Positions 1 through 7,745 of a stretch of DNA of 53,388 bases are shown here, in pieces; the first letter of the stretch is position 1, and every line of letters starts with the position of its first letter. Position numbers and translations under genes: made by a program. Under the pieces are notes generated by a model. That model had not been told where the DNA came from. It saw only the letters and a program-made list of their open reading frames with translations, and did no database searches. Source of the DNA: a virus (lineage: Duplodnaviria > Caudoviricetes); IMG/VR virus record IMGVR_UViG_3300015245_000011, positions 1 through 53,388 of that record; one strand, written 5' to 3'.

Positions 1-77
1 CTGGCTGAAATCTGGCGCGCAGACCCTCAGGGCAAGTTTGAGCGCGGGGTGAACTCCCTGGACGCGATTAGTCAGGC
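1..77. repeat. 77-bp exact terminal overlap (copy 1); marks a circular contig
   Basis: 1-77 is identical to 53312-53388; an ORF continues in frame across the junction. Confidence 0.97.
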
Positions 78-294
78 AAATGGGCTGGGGACGAAAGCGT
101 TGACTGGAGTGATTGCCCCACGCCTGTGGGCCGAAGGCCGTTACGCGGAAGTGATCAACTATTGTGCCGCCGATGTTCATAAGACCAAAGCCCTCTTTGA
201 GATGGTCTGCCGTGGCCAACGTATCCTCCGTGGCAATAGCAAATCCCTTGTGTTACCGCCACCTCCAGGCCTGGAGACGTTGCAACCGATATAA
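1..294 (+). CDS. RNase H-like DEDD exonuclease, 3' part
   Basis: In frame with the 52862 ORF; NSLDAIS and ExoIII motif YCAADV. Confidence 0.8.
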   Translation: MAEIWRADPQGKFERGVNSLDAISQANGLGTKALTGVIAPRLWAEGRYAEVINYCAADVHKTKALFEMVCRGQRILRGNSKSLVLPPPPGLETLQPI

Positions 295-356
295 CACTAT
301 GTTATAGTTATGTGAGAGCTAGTAGTGATGTTCCCTTTTCTGTGAGGAAATTCCCC

Positions 357-1451
357 ATGGCTGAGATCGACAGCGCCAGAACACTGACCGTCGTGTCGAA
401 TGGGTTGCAAGTCCGTGACCAGACGTCCGCACTGCCGCAAGTAGCCGACGTCATGGCCCGCATGGCCTGGATGACGGAGATGCGGCCGGTTATGCGGCAG
501 TATATTGAGCAGCACATGGACCCGGCGAGACATATGTATAGCTTTGAAAACAATCGCTATACGCCCCTCTCTAGGGCCACGCTGGGCGAGATGCTCGCTG
601 AAGGCAAAAAGCCGGCCCTCAATCAAGATGGGGTGCACAATCTGCTCTCCCTCTTTGACTGCTACGCAGACGTGGCTGACGTACTGGAAGAACGGGATAC
701 GGAGCAGTTCTATCACTGCCGTGTCACCGTGCGCTTTATCTCGTTTAGCTCTGGCAAGTGTATTGGCGTTGGGACTGGCTCGTGCACCACACGAGAATCG
801 AAATACGCCTATCGCTGGCTCTACACCAGTGAAATACCGAAAGGGACTGACCGTTCGCTCCTCAAATCGCGCACGTTCACCGGTCGCAACGGCAATGAAT
901 ATACGCGCTACCGCATGGACAATGAGGATATCGCGGATCAGGAACCGAACGTGTTGCAGATGGCGATCAAGCGTGCCAAGTCCTCTGGCGTCAAAGCCTT
1001 ACCCCTCGTCTCAGAGATGTTTGCGACGTTAGGTGATCCTGATGAAGAGAAAGTTGAGGGTGACGAACGCCGGCAACATCTCCTCACGCAACTGGGGACC
1101 TGGCTCCGTGGCATGAAAGTCTCGACGCGTACCAAGGCGATTTTGGCCATCTTTAGTGAACCACTCCGGATGACGGAGCTCGGGAATCTTGATGAAGAAC
1201 GGCTGCGTGTGGCGCTGCAACTTATTGAGATTGCAACGAAGCAGAAGGTGTCGTGGGAGTCGCCAACACTGACGACTGATCTCAAAACGGCACTGGCGAC
1301 GTCTGCAAAAGCCGCGAGTGCTGATCTCTTTGGCGATCCCTTGCCGACCACGAATCGTCAGACAGGTGAGATTATCGATGTCAACGCGATGCCCTTTGAC
1401 CAGGATGCCAGTGCTGCGCTTGACCGGGAGCTGGCGGAGGAAGAAGGCTAG
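357..1451 (+). CDS. putative single-strand annealing/recombination protein
   Basis: GxGSCxxxESKY...NVLQMAIKRA motifs common in phage proteins next to exonucleases; acidic C-terminus; GAGG before ATG 357. Confidence 0.5.
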   Translation: MAEIDSARTLTVVSNGLQVRDQTSALPQVADVMARMAWMTEMRPVMRQYIEQHMDPARHMYSFENNRYTPLSRATLGEMLAEGKKPALNQDGVHNLLSLFDCYADVADVLEERDTEQFYHCRVTVRFISFSSGKCIGVGTGSCTTRESKYAYRWLYTSEIPKGTDRSLLKSRTFTGRNGNEYTRYRMDNEDIADQEPNVLQMAIKRAKSSGVKALPLVSEMFATLGDPDEEKVEGDERRQHLLTQLGTWLRGMKVSTRTKAILAIFSEPLRMTELGNLDEERLRVALQLIEIATKQKVSWESPTLTTDLKTALATSAKAASADLFGDPLPTTNRQTGEIIDVNAMPFDQDASAALDRELAEEEG

Positions 1452-1453
1452 TT

Positions 1454-1771
1454 ATGGCTTCTCCCTTCGCCAACCATACCTGCGGCTATTTCTGTGAGGG
1501 CAACCGGCATGCCGTTGAGGCGATTGCGAAACCCGAGATGTCTGCAGCGGCTATTCGTGAGGGGTATGACACGTATGTCCGGCAGCATGGCTGGCGCGTA
1601 GTCGCTCTCCGTGAGGCGCCTGAGGCGGATACCGAGGTGTGGAAAAAGATGATGGGCTGGCACTGGGACCCCGCCCTCGGACGTCCTGTCAGTGGGGGAG
1701 GGCTCATTCCTGGTGACGTGGTGTGCTGGCTCGTGACGATAGAACGGATAGAGCATGGCGAAGCGGTGTGA
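1454..1771 (+). CDS. hypothetical protein
   Basis: Tightly packed between neighbouring genes. Confidence 0.6.
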   Translation: MASPFANHTCGYFCEGNRHAVEAIAKPEMSAAAIREGYDTYVRQHGWRVVALREAPEADTEVWKKMMGWHWDPALGRPVSGGGLIPGDVVCWLVTIERIEHGEAV

Positions 1772-2183
1772 GTGCCCTGCCAGTGGTGCCTGGTATTGTG
1801 CGTTTTGTACAGCGCTCGCCGCACGTGCCGGGCTTGTCGTGCGTAGCTCGCCTCTTGAGCCAACTCCTCAAGCGATTGCGGCCGAGGCGACCGGAACTGC
1901 CTTTCAAAACACCCTCTACACCTACGCCCTGAACCACGGCTGGCTGTTCTACCATGCCTACAAAAGCCGCAAAAGCACGCCAGGATGGCCCGATGTGGCG
2001 TTGTGCCATCCAGAGGGTGGGCCGCTCTACCTCATCGAAATCAAGCGCGTTGATGAAGCCGTGAGTGCATTTCAACAACGCTGGTTGGAGGCGCTTGAGA
2101 AGGTAACCCACGTGGAAACTGGCGTCTGGCGCCCTGCCGACTGGCCACAGGTGCAGAGGTTGCTAGCGCAGCATAATCAATAA
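1755..2183 (+). CDS. VRR-NUC family PD-(D/E)xK nuclease
   Basis: PGWPD...LIEIKR...QQRWLEAL; N-terminal CxC...CxxC. Confidence 0.75.
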   Translation: MAKRCECPASGAWYCAFCTALAARAGLVVRSSPLEPTPQAIAAEATGTAFQNTLYTYALNHGWLFYHAYKSRKSTPGWPDVALCHPEGGPLYLIEIKRVDEAVSAFQQRWLEALEKVTHVETGVWRPADWPQVQRLLAQHNQ

Positions 2184-2240
2184 GTTACAATTAAGGTGAC
2201 AAATTTATTTATGGCAAGGGGAACAAAATAAAATCGGCCA

Positions 2241-2269
2241 TTGACAGCACATCTCGACTGCGTGAGAAT
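2241..2269 (+). promoter_or_regulatory. sigma70-type promoter for the antirepressor-like gene
   Basis: TTGACA-17 nt-GAGAAT with an AT-rich upstream tract; followed by hairpin TCAGGGGAT/ATCCCCTGA and SD AGGAGG. Confidence 0.65.
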
Positions 2270-2341
2270 GCGCCTCAGGGGATAGCTTGTGCTCCATCCC
2301 CTGACACGACTTCCACAACATTTACAGGAGGCGTAAACGCC

Positions 2342-3289
2342 ATGGCAGATGAGAATAGCATAAATTCTTTGTTTGCCCCGCTTGGTCCGCTTGGCCCACA
2401 GAGTCCGCTCATGCAAATGATTGAACTTTGGGGCAAGCGTTACTACAGTAGTTTCCGGCATCACTACGACTACTTAGAGCGTAGCGATGCGCATGCCAGA
2501 TATCGTCTACACAAAGATTTTATACGTTTACTACGATCTATCGATGCCTGGGACCTTTACCTTGAGCAAGGTGAAGCCCTTGAATTACGCTGGATGAAAG
2601 GTGGTAAAGTCAGTAGCGCAAAACCTGCGCTAGTAAACGATATCAATAACTTGCCGCCACTTCTCAGACTTATGTTTAAGGCAAATGGATATAGACCACT
2701 TATCTTTTTGACTGCAAGCGCTCAGCATGCACTTTTTGAACGACTTCCTGATACGCTTAGCAAGCAAGTCTCTGTGGCCAAGAATGTCTATGTAGCACGG
2801 GAGCAGCAACAAGACGCTCGCAAGCCCTCCGCGCTCTTTCCTGTCGAAGCTGCGGACAGGCAGCTCAAGTCCTATTTGTCGATTGCCGGCCAGTTAGGAA
2901 CGCCCTTGCATATCGCTCAGCAAATTGCCGCAAGAGAAATTAAGCGTGACACCGGCATTGATCTCACACCGATGCTCATCTCAGCGCCAGCACAGCAGGC
3001 GGTAATAGAAGAAGAGATGATGCTTGAGCCGAGCCTTCTCGCAAAGAAGTTTGGCTTTCGTGATGATGGTCGGCATGTCAACAGGCTCTTAGAAAGAGTT
3101 GGTTGGCAGATACGATTAGTCAGTGGTGAATGGGAAGCGACCCCAGTTGGCAAGCTCTACTCCATTCCTCACCCATGGGTTAAACCAGAGAAGACAGGTT
3201 ACAATCTGAAGTGGAAAGTAGAAGAAGTACGGAAGGTCTTTCGCGACCACGGCTTTCTACCTGGCCAGCAAGAGAGTGAGAATATCTAG
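2342..3289 (+). CDS. antirepressor-like DNA-binding protein
   Basis: C-terminal EPSLLAKKFG...VNRLLERVGWQ...WEATPVG...LKW resembles antirepressor (KilA-C-like) domains; own promoter; lower GC. Confidence 0.55.
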   Translation: MADENSINSLFAPLGPLGPQSPLMQMIELWGKRYYSSFRHHYDYLERSDAHARYRLHKDFIRLLRSIDAWDLYLEQGEALELRWMKGGKVSSAKPALVNDINNLPPLLRLMFKANGYRPLIFLTASAQHALFERLPDTLSKQVSVAKNVYVAREQQQDARKPSALFPVEAADRQLKSYLSIAGQLGTPLHIAQQIAAREIKRDTGIDLTPMLISAPAQQAVIEEEMMLEPSLLAKKFGFRDDGRHVNRLLERVGWQIRLVSGEWEATPVGKLYSIPHPWVKPEKTGYNLKWKVEEVRKVFRDHGFLPGQQESENI

Positions 3290-3290
3290 T

Positions 3291-4139
3291 ATGTCCATCA
3301 AACGTCTGCTCCTTGTCCTTGTCATCGGGCTCCTGATGCTCGTGGCCTTCGCCCACGCCGCCACCGTGCAACTCACCTGGGACGCTCCGGTGTGGCTGGC
3401 AGGCCAGACCCCTATCGCGCTCCTGAGCTATGTCCTGGAACGCGACACCGTTGAAATTGCCCGGCCTTTGGCCCCGCCCTATAGCGACACCGTCTCTCCA
3501 GGCACGTATACCTACGCCGTGCGTGCGCTCTACGCCGGCAATCAGCTCTCAGGCCCGTCCAATGCCGTGACCGCGACTGTTGCGGCTCCACTGCCGGTGC
3601 CAGCGCCTACGAACTTCGCGTGCGTGTTTGTGCCGGGGGCGCTCCCCACGTTTACCTGTCAGGCGCTCGTGAGTGGCCCACCGACCGGGCCGTATCCCTT
3701 GCGCCCTGCGGGGTCGATCACGGCGCAGGCCGATAGTGCCGAAGTACTCATGCAGGCCAGCGGGCCCGCCGCGCTCGCCGTGGATGGCCAACCCACCACC
3801 TTTTGGCATACGCAGTATGTCAGCATTGCGCCGCCGCTGCCGCACACACTGACGCTGGACCTGGGGGCAACGTTTTGGTGTGATGGCGTGCGGTACGTCC
3901 CTCGGCAAGATCCCGGCCAACTCAATGGCACGATCACGAGCTACCGCCTGGAAGGGTCCGCGGATCTGGTAACCTGGGGTCCACTCGCCGCTGGAACCTG
4001 GGCGCTGGATGCGAGCGAGAAGGTGGTGCGGTTTGCGGCAACCAGGGCCCGCGCCGTGCGCCTGGTCGCGCTACTGAGTAACGGCACCCCGTATGCCAGT
4101 GCCGCGGAGGTAGGCGTGTTTGCCACGCCAGCCCCGTAG
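3291..4139 (+). CDS. secreted protein with FN3-like and discoidin (F5/8 type C) domains
   Basis: Signal peptide MSIKRLLLVLVIGLLMLVAFAHA; LTWDAP...YTYAVRA (FN3); AVDGQPTTFWHT...LTLDLG...YVPRQD...SAAEV (discoidin). Confidence 0.8.
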   Translation: MSIKRLLLVLVIGLLMLVAFAHAATVQLTWDAPVWLAGQTPIALLSYVLERDTVEIARPLAPPYSDTVSPGTYTYAVRALYAGNQLSGPSNAVTATVAAPLPVPAPTNFACVFVPGALPTFTCQALVSGPPTGPYPLRPAGSITAQADSAEVLMQASGPAALAVDGQPTTFWHTQYVSIAPPLPHTLTLDLGATFWCDGVRYVPRQDPGQLNGTITSYRLEGSADLVTWGPLAAGTWALDASEKVVRFAATRARAVRLVALLSNGTPYASAAEVGVFATPAP

Positions 4140-4157
4140 AATGGCAGGGGTTACATC

Positions 4158-4529
4158 CTAGGGAATGATCCCCTGCACCTGCGTATTCATACTCGCAATA
4201 CTCGTCGCTAACACCCCGAGCCGTGCGACCGCATCCGCCGCGGCGGTCTGCAGCGCTTGATCGGTTGGTGCACCACTCAGGGCGTTGGCGATCTGCTGGA
4301 TCTCCGTCTGCAATGTCGTGTTCAAGGTATCAAAACCAGCCTGGACACTCTGGACAGCGGCGGTTAATTGATCAGCAGCTTCTGACACTTTGGCTCCTAA
4401 GCTCGCAAGAATGGTTATCAGTTGTCCCAATCCCTGATGCAGCTCACTCCGTAGCTCGTCAAGTTCAGGAATGCTTAACGTCAAGTGCATGTCGCTAGGA
4501 AAACGTAGGTGCACGTTAAAATCACTCAT
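4158..4529 (-). CDS. hypothetical helical protein
   Basis: Last gene of the late arm; Ala/Gln-rich amphipathic sequence. Confidence 0.55.
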   Translation of the reverse strand: MSDFNVHLRFPSDMHLTLSIPELDELRSELHQGLGQLITILASLGAKVSEAADQLTAAVQSVQAGFDTLNTTLQTEIQQIANALSGAPTDQALQTAAADAVARLGVLATSIASMNTQVQGIIP

Positions 4530-4542
4530 ACTTGAGAATACT

Positions 4543-5079
4543 CTATTTGTCCGGTAGATTCTCCACCGCCACATACTTCAGCACATACGCTTTGGCAATC
4601 ACACTTTGCAGTAACGCGCACTCGATTTTGGCCCGGCGCATAATCGCTGGCAAGATATAGGCCGCATCGCGCTCCGAATCACTAATCAGATCGCCCATAT
4701 CCTGCGTGCGTTCAAACAAGGCCACGGTGAGTTCCTCTTCCTCCGCATCGGTCAGTTGCGACGGGGGGCCAATACGTGCGAGCAAATCATCCATGCGGGG
4801 CGTGTGGAAGTGCGTCAGTTCCTTGACCAGAATCGTTTGTAAGGCGGTGGAAATAGGCATCACCTTCTGATCAATCACCGCCAGAGACGTTTCGATTTTG
4901 ACCAGCCGCATTAAAATATCTTCTCGCTCATGGCGGGCTTGTTCAACCCGGTGTGCGGTATCCTCTACGATACGCTCCTGCGCTTTGTCACGGCGGGCGA
5001 GACTGGTCCAGTAGGCCACCGACAGAAAACTGATCAAGGCACTTAAGAAAACTAATCCAACTTGCCACCATTGAAACAT
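4543..5079 (-). CDS. membrane-anchored protein (possible holin/lysis accessory)
   Basis: N-terminal TM segment followed by a coiled coil; end of the late operon. Confidence 0.5.
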   Translation of the reverse strand: MFQWWQVGLVFLSALISFLSVAYWTSLARRDKAQERIVEDTAHRVEQARHEREDILMRLVKIETSLAVIDQKVMPISTALQTILVKELTHFHTPRMDDLLARIGPPSQLTDAEEEELTVALFERTQDMGDLISDSERDAAYILPAIMRRAKIECALLQSVIAKAYVLKYVAVENLPDK

Positions 5080-5339
5080 ACGTTAATTCTTTCCGGGGAA
5101 TCTTCCGAGACTTCCTTAAAGTCTGAGTTGGCTTGGACAACGGTTTGCAGATGCGTCAGGCGGGATTCAAGATTCCGCACGTGCCCGTACAGAAACGTCT
5201 TTACTTCTCCTATTTGCTGATCACATTTGCGGTGATGGGCGGAGAATTTGCGTGTTTGGAACAGGAGCGCCATAACACTGCCAATGAGGACGCCATGCAC
5301 CACCATCGTGATGACGCTCAAGCTGAGTAATGATAGCAT
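5052..5339 (-). CDS. small membrane protein (possible holin)
   Basis: Hydrophobic N-terminus; strong G-rich SD upstream. Confidence 0.5.
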   Translation of the reverse strand: MLSLLSLSVITMVVHGVLIGSVMALLFQTRKFSAHHRKCDQQIGEVKTFLYGHVRNLESRLTHLQTVVQANSDFKEVSEDSPERINVCFNGGKLD

Positions 5340-5344
5340 AATTC

Positions 5345-5620
5345 GGTACCCTCCCCCCTCCTTATATGTGAGAGCTTTGCGCGTACATCTTTTTCTGTTG
5401 CAGAGGTCACAAATAAACCACTACAATCCAGGGCAATCCGTACAGGTCTCCCTCTACGGATATGGCTCAATACAGACGGAGCCACTGCCAGAAGTATCCT
5501 GGGTATACCCAGGTAGTCGAGCGGACACCTCGGAAATCGCTCGCACGATGCAAGCTTTTGCGGCCTGTCTCTGCGAGAAGCCCACGCTTTGAGGCGTGTG
5601 GAGTGTCATATTTGACAAAA
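5345..5620 (-). ncRNA. candidate structured RNA / leader
   Basis: At least six hairpins; a GAGA tetraloop and a G-U pair form only on the - strand. Confidence 0.4.
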
Positions 5621-5680
5621 TTGTATGCACATCCCCTGTAAATACTCCTCTATCATACAGTAGTTCGCAGTCTTGTGCGG

Positions 5681-5977
5681 TTAATCTTTCGGCATGGCTG
5701 GGACGGGAGGTTCTGGTAGAACGGTAGGCTGGGGTTTTTCCAGATCTTTCAAACGCGCTTCGGCCTTTTCAGCACGAGTCTGTAACTGTTCATTGGCGTC
5801 TAATAGCACGGCAATAGCTTGCCGTTTATTATCTACTTCGCCGCGTAACAGTAATAGCTCTTTATCACATCTGCTCGCATTGTCCTTGCACGTTTGGGGA
5901 GGTTGTTGAGCAACAACACTCATTACCAAGAGCAGTAATAAGAGCATGATAGACCATACGAGAATGAGTTGTCGCAT
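5681..5977 (-). CDS. signal-peptide/TM coiled-coil protein (spanin-like architecture)
   Basis: MRQLILVWSIMLLLLLLVMSVVA followed by a coiled coil and a Pro-rich tail. Confidence 0.5.
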   Translation of the reverse strand: MRQLILVWSIMLLLLLLVMSVVAQQPPQTCKDNASRCDKELLLLRGEVDNKRQAIAVLLDANEQLQTRAEKAEARLKDLEKPQPTVLPEPPVPAMPKD

Positions 5978-7734
5978 TATTTATAGCACTCCATGGCGAC
6001 AATGGTATTGGCCCCACTTGCCGGGGAGTTCGTGCCATGCGACTGGATCGTCCAGGCATTGCCGGCTGTTAGCGCCGCGGTGTGCGTGAGATCCGAACAG
6101 CTCAGGGCCGCGCTGGTAATCTGGCAGGTGAGGGCCGTTGCCGCTAACGCCCCGCGTGCGCCTGTCCGCAAGGTAATATCCCAGGTGCCGGTGCCCCCAG
6201 GGGCGGTACGGACGCCGACCCGCATATTGCGACAGGTGATCGCCATAGGCACCGTCGCCATATCCACGTTCGCTTCCGTGGTACTGGTAATCCCCGTCCC
6301 CCCGCCGATATAGGTATCGACGGTAAAACCGGCGGCCGAGGACATGACAGTCCAGGCCGGGCCCCCGTTGGCCACCGGGAGCACGCCGGTGACATCGGCG
6401 GTAAGGTCGACCGCCGCACAGGTTGCCGCCCCACTGGCGTTGAGACTCCGGGCAAACTGGTTGGTACAGGAAGTGCCGGCATAGGCCGAAGGGGTACTGA
6501 CACTGGCGGAGACGGTATTGAGGAGCAGTCCCGTCGTGAGCGCCCCCAGGGAGACTTCCGCCGACAGCCCGCTTTCCGCCTGTGTCGTGACGTAGTGCGC
6601 ATCGGTGGGGGCGCCACCGCCTGACCCGGTACATCCCGCGCCGCTATCGGAGAGATCGGCACAGGCCAGTCTGGCAACTGTCAGCGCACTCCCAGCGCCC
6701 GTTTGTTTGACGACCTGCGAGGTGCCGCCTGTCGCCGAGAAGTCCGTCGTGCCAGCTGGCAGCGTCAGCGTATTCGACCCGGCTGCAGCGGGCACGGCGA
6801 GCGTCACAGTGCCTGACGATGATCCGCCGACTTTGAGTTTGGTCGAGGCAAAGGTATGAATGCCCGTCCAGGTGGGCGCAATACTGACATCGAGCGCCGG
6901 GGCTCCGTCTGAGCGCATGGCCGTAATCGCCGACCCATTGACCGCCGTAAGCCCGAGTGAGGCCGAAGGATTAGCGAGAGCCGAAATGCCACTGAAGGAC
7001 AGCCCAGCGGTGCCGACTTTATCACTGAGAATGCCAGCAAGCTCTGCGGAGGTGGTTGAGGCAAACACGCTCAGCTTATTGGCCGTGTACGCGACCGTGC
7101 CACCCGTTCCTAGCGTAATGGTGGAGGCGTCTGTACCTGCCAGAGTCAGCGTGTTGCTGACCGTCAGCGTTTTGCCATCGGCGATAGTAAGTGTTGCACT
7201 CGTCGCTGGTGCGGTAATTGCGACTTTATTGAGGGACGTCGCTGTCGCAACCCCCAGTGTTGGGGTGACCAGTGCCGGGGACGTATTAAAGACGGCGGCC
7301 CCTGTGCCTGTTGGATTACTCAGTGTCGCCAAGAGTTGGGCTGAGGTTGTGGCGGCAAACTGTGATAGCGGCGAGCCTGTCACGCCGCAGGTAGGACAGG
7401 CAATCGTCCCTGTAGTGGTGATCGTGCCTCCGGTAATGGGCGTGGTGGTCGCTAGACTGGTGACGGTGCCGCTGCCGCCTCCCCCACCCGCACCGTTCAC
7501 GGTCAGGCACGGCACACCGGAACACGAGGCAAAGCTACTGAGAAACAAGTCATTGAGATTCATGCTTCCGGTCCAGGGACCGGTCGCCGCGACATTTTGA
7601 ATGGTGAGACACGGCACCCCACTACAGTTTTGAAACGAGTTGACCAGGACATCCTGCGCATTCGCTGCGTAACTGAGCGGGACGGGAACAGCCAGCGCGA
7701 GAAGCACGCACAGCACACCACAGAAGCGTTGCAT
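5977..7734 (-). CDS. Thr/Ala/Gly/Ser-rich fibre-like protein with signal peptide
   Basis: MQRFCGVLCVLLALAVPVPLSYA; duplicated SFxxCSGVPCLT and LSxFAxTTSAxL motifs; GVLPVANGG fibre motif; SD AAGGA. Confidence 0.7.
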   Translation of the reverse strand: MQRFCGVLCVLLALAVPVPLSYAANAQDVLVNSFQNCSGVPCLTIQNVAATGPWTGSMNLNDLFLSSFASCSGVPCLTVNGAGGGGGSGTVTSLATTTPITGGTITTTGTIACPTCGVTGSPLSQFAATTSAQLLATLSNPTGTGAAVFNTSPALVTPTLGVATATSLNKVAITAPATSATLTIADGKTLTVSNTLTLAGTDASTITLGTGGTVAYTANKLSVFASTTSAELAGILSDKVGTAGLSFSGISALANPSASLGLTAVNGSAITAMRSDGAPALDVSIAPTWTGIHTFASTKLKVGGSSSGTVTLAVPAAAGSNTLTLPAGTTDFSATGGTSQVVKQTGAGSALTVARLACADLSDSGAGCTGSGGGAPTDAHYVTTQAESGLSAEVSLGALTTGLLLNTVSASVSTPSAYAGTSCTNQFARSLNASGAATCAAVDLTADVTGVLPVANGGPAWTVMSSAAGFTVDTYIGGGTGITSTTEANVDMATVPMAITCRNMRVGVRTAPGGTGTWDITLRTGARGALAATALTCQITSAALSCSDLTHTAALTAGNAWTIQSHGTNSPASGANTIVAMECYK

Positions 7735-7745
7735 ACACATGTCCT

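Noticed and set aside
1-77. Terminal repeat as a biological direct terminal repeat
   Set aside because: It falls mid-gene and equals a standard assembler k-mer length; best read as circularisation overlap
5070-5077. Third ATTGAAAC handle
   Set aside because: No CCC/GGG hairpin or promoter; explained by the MFQW codons on the - strand
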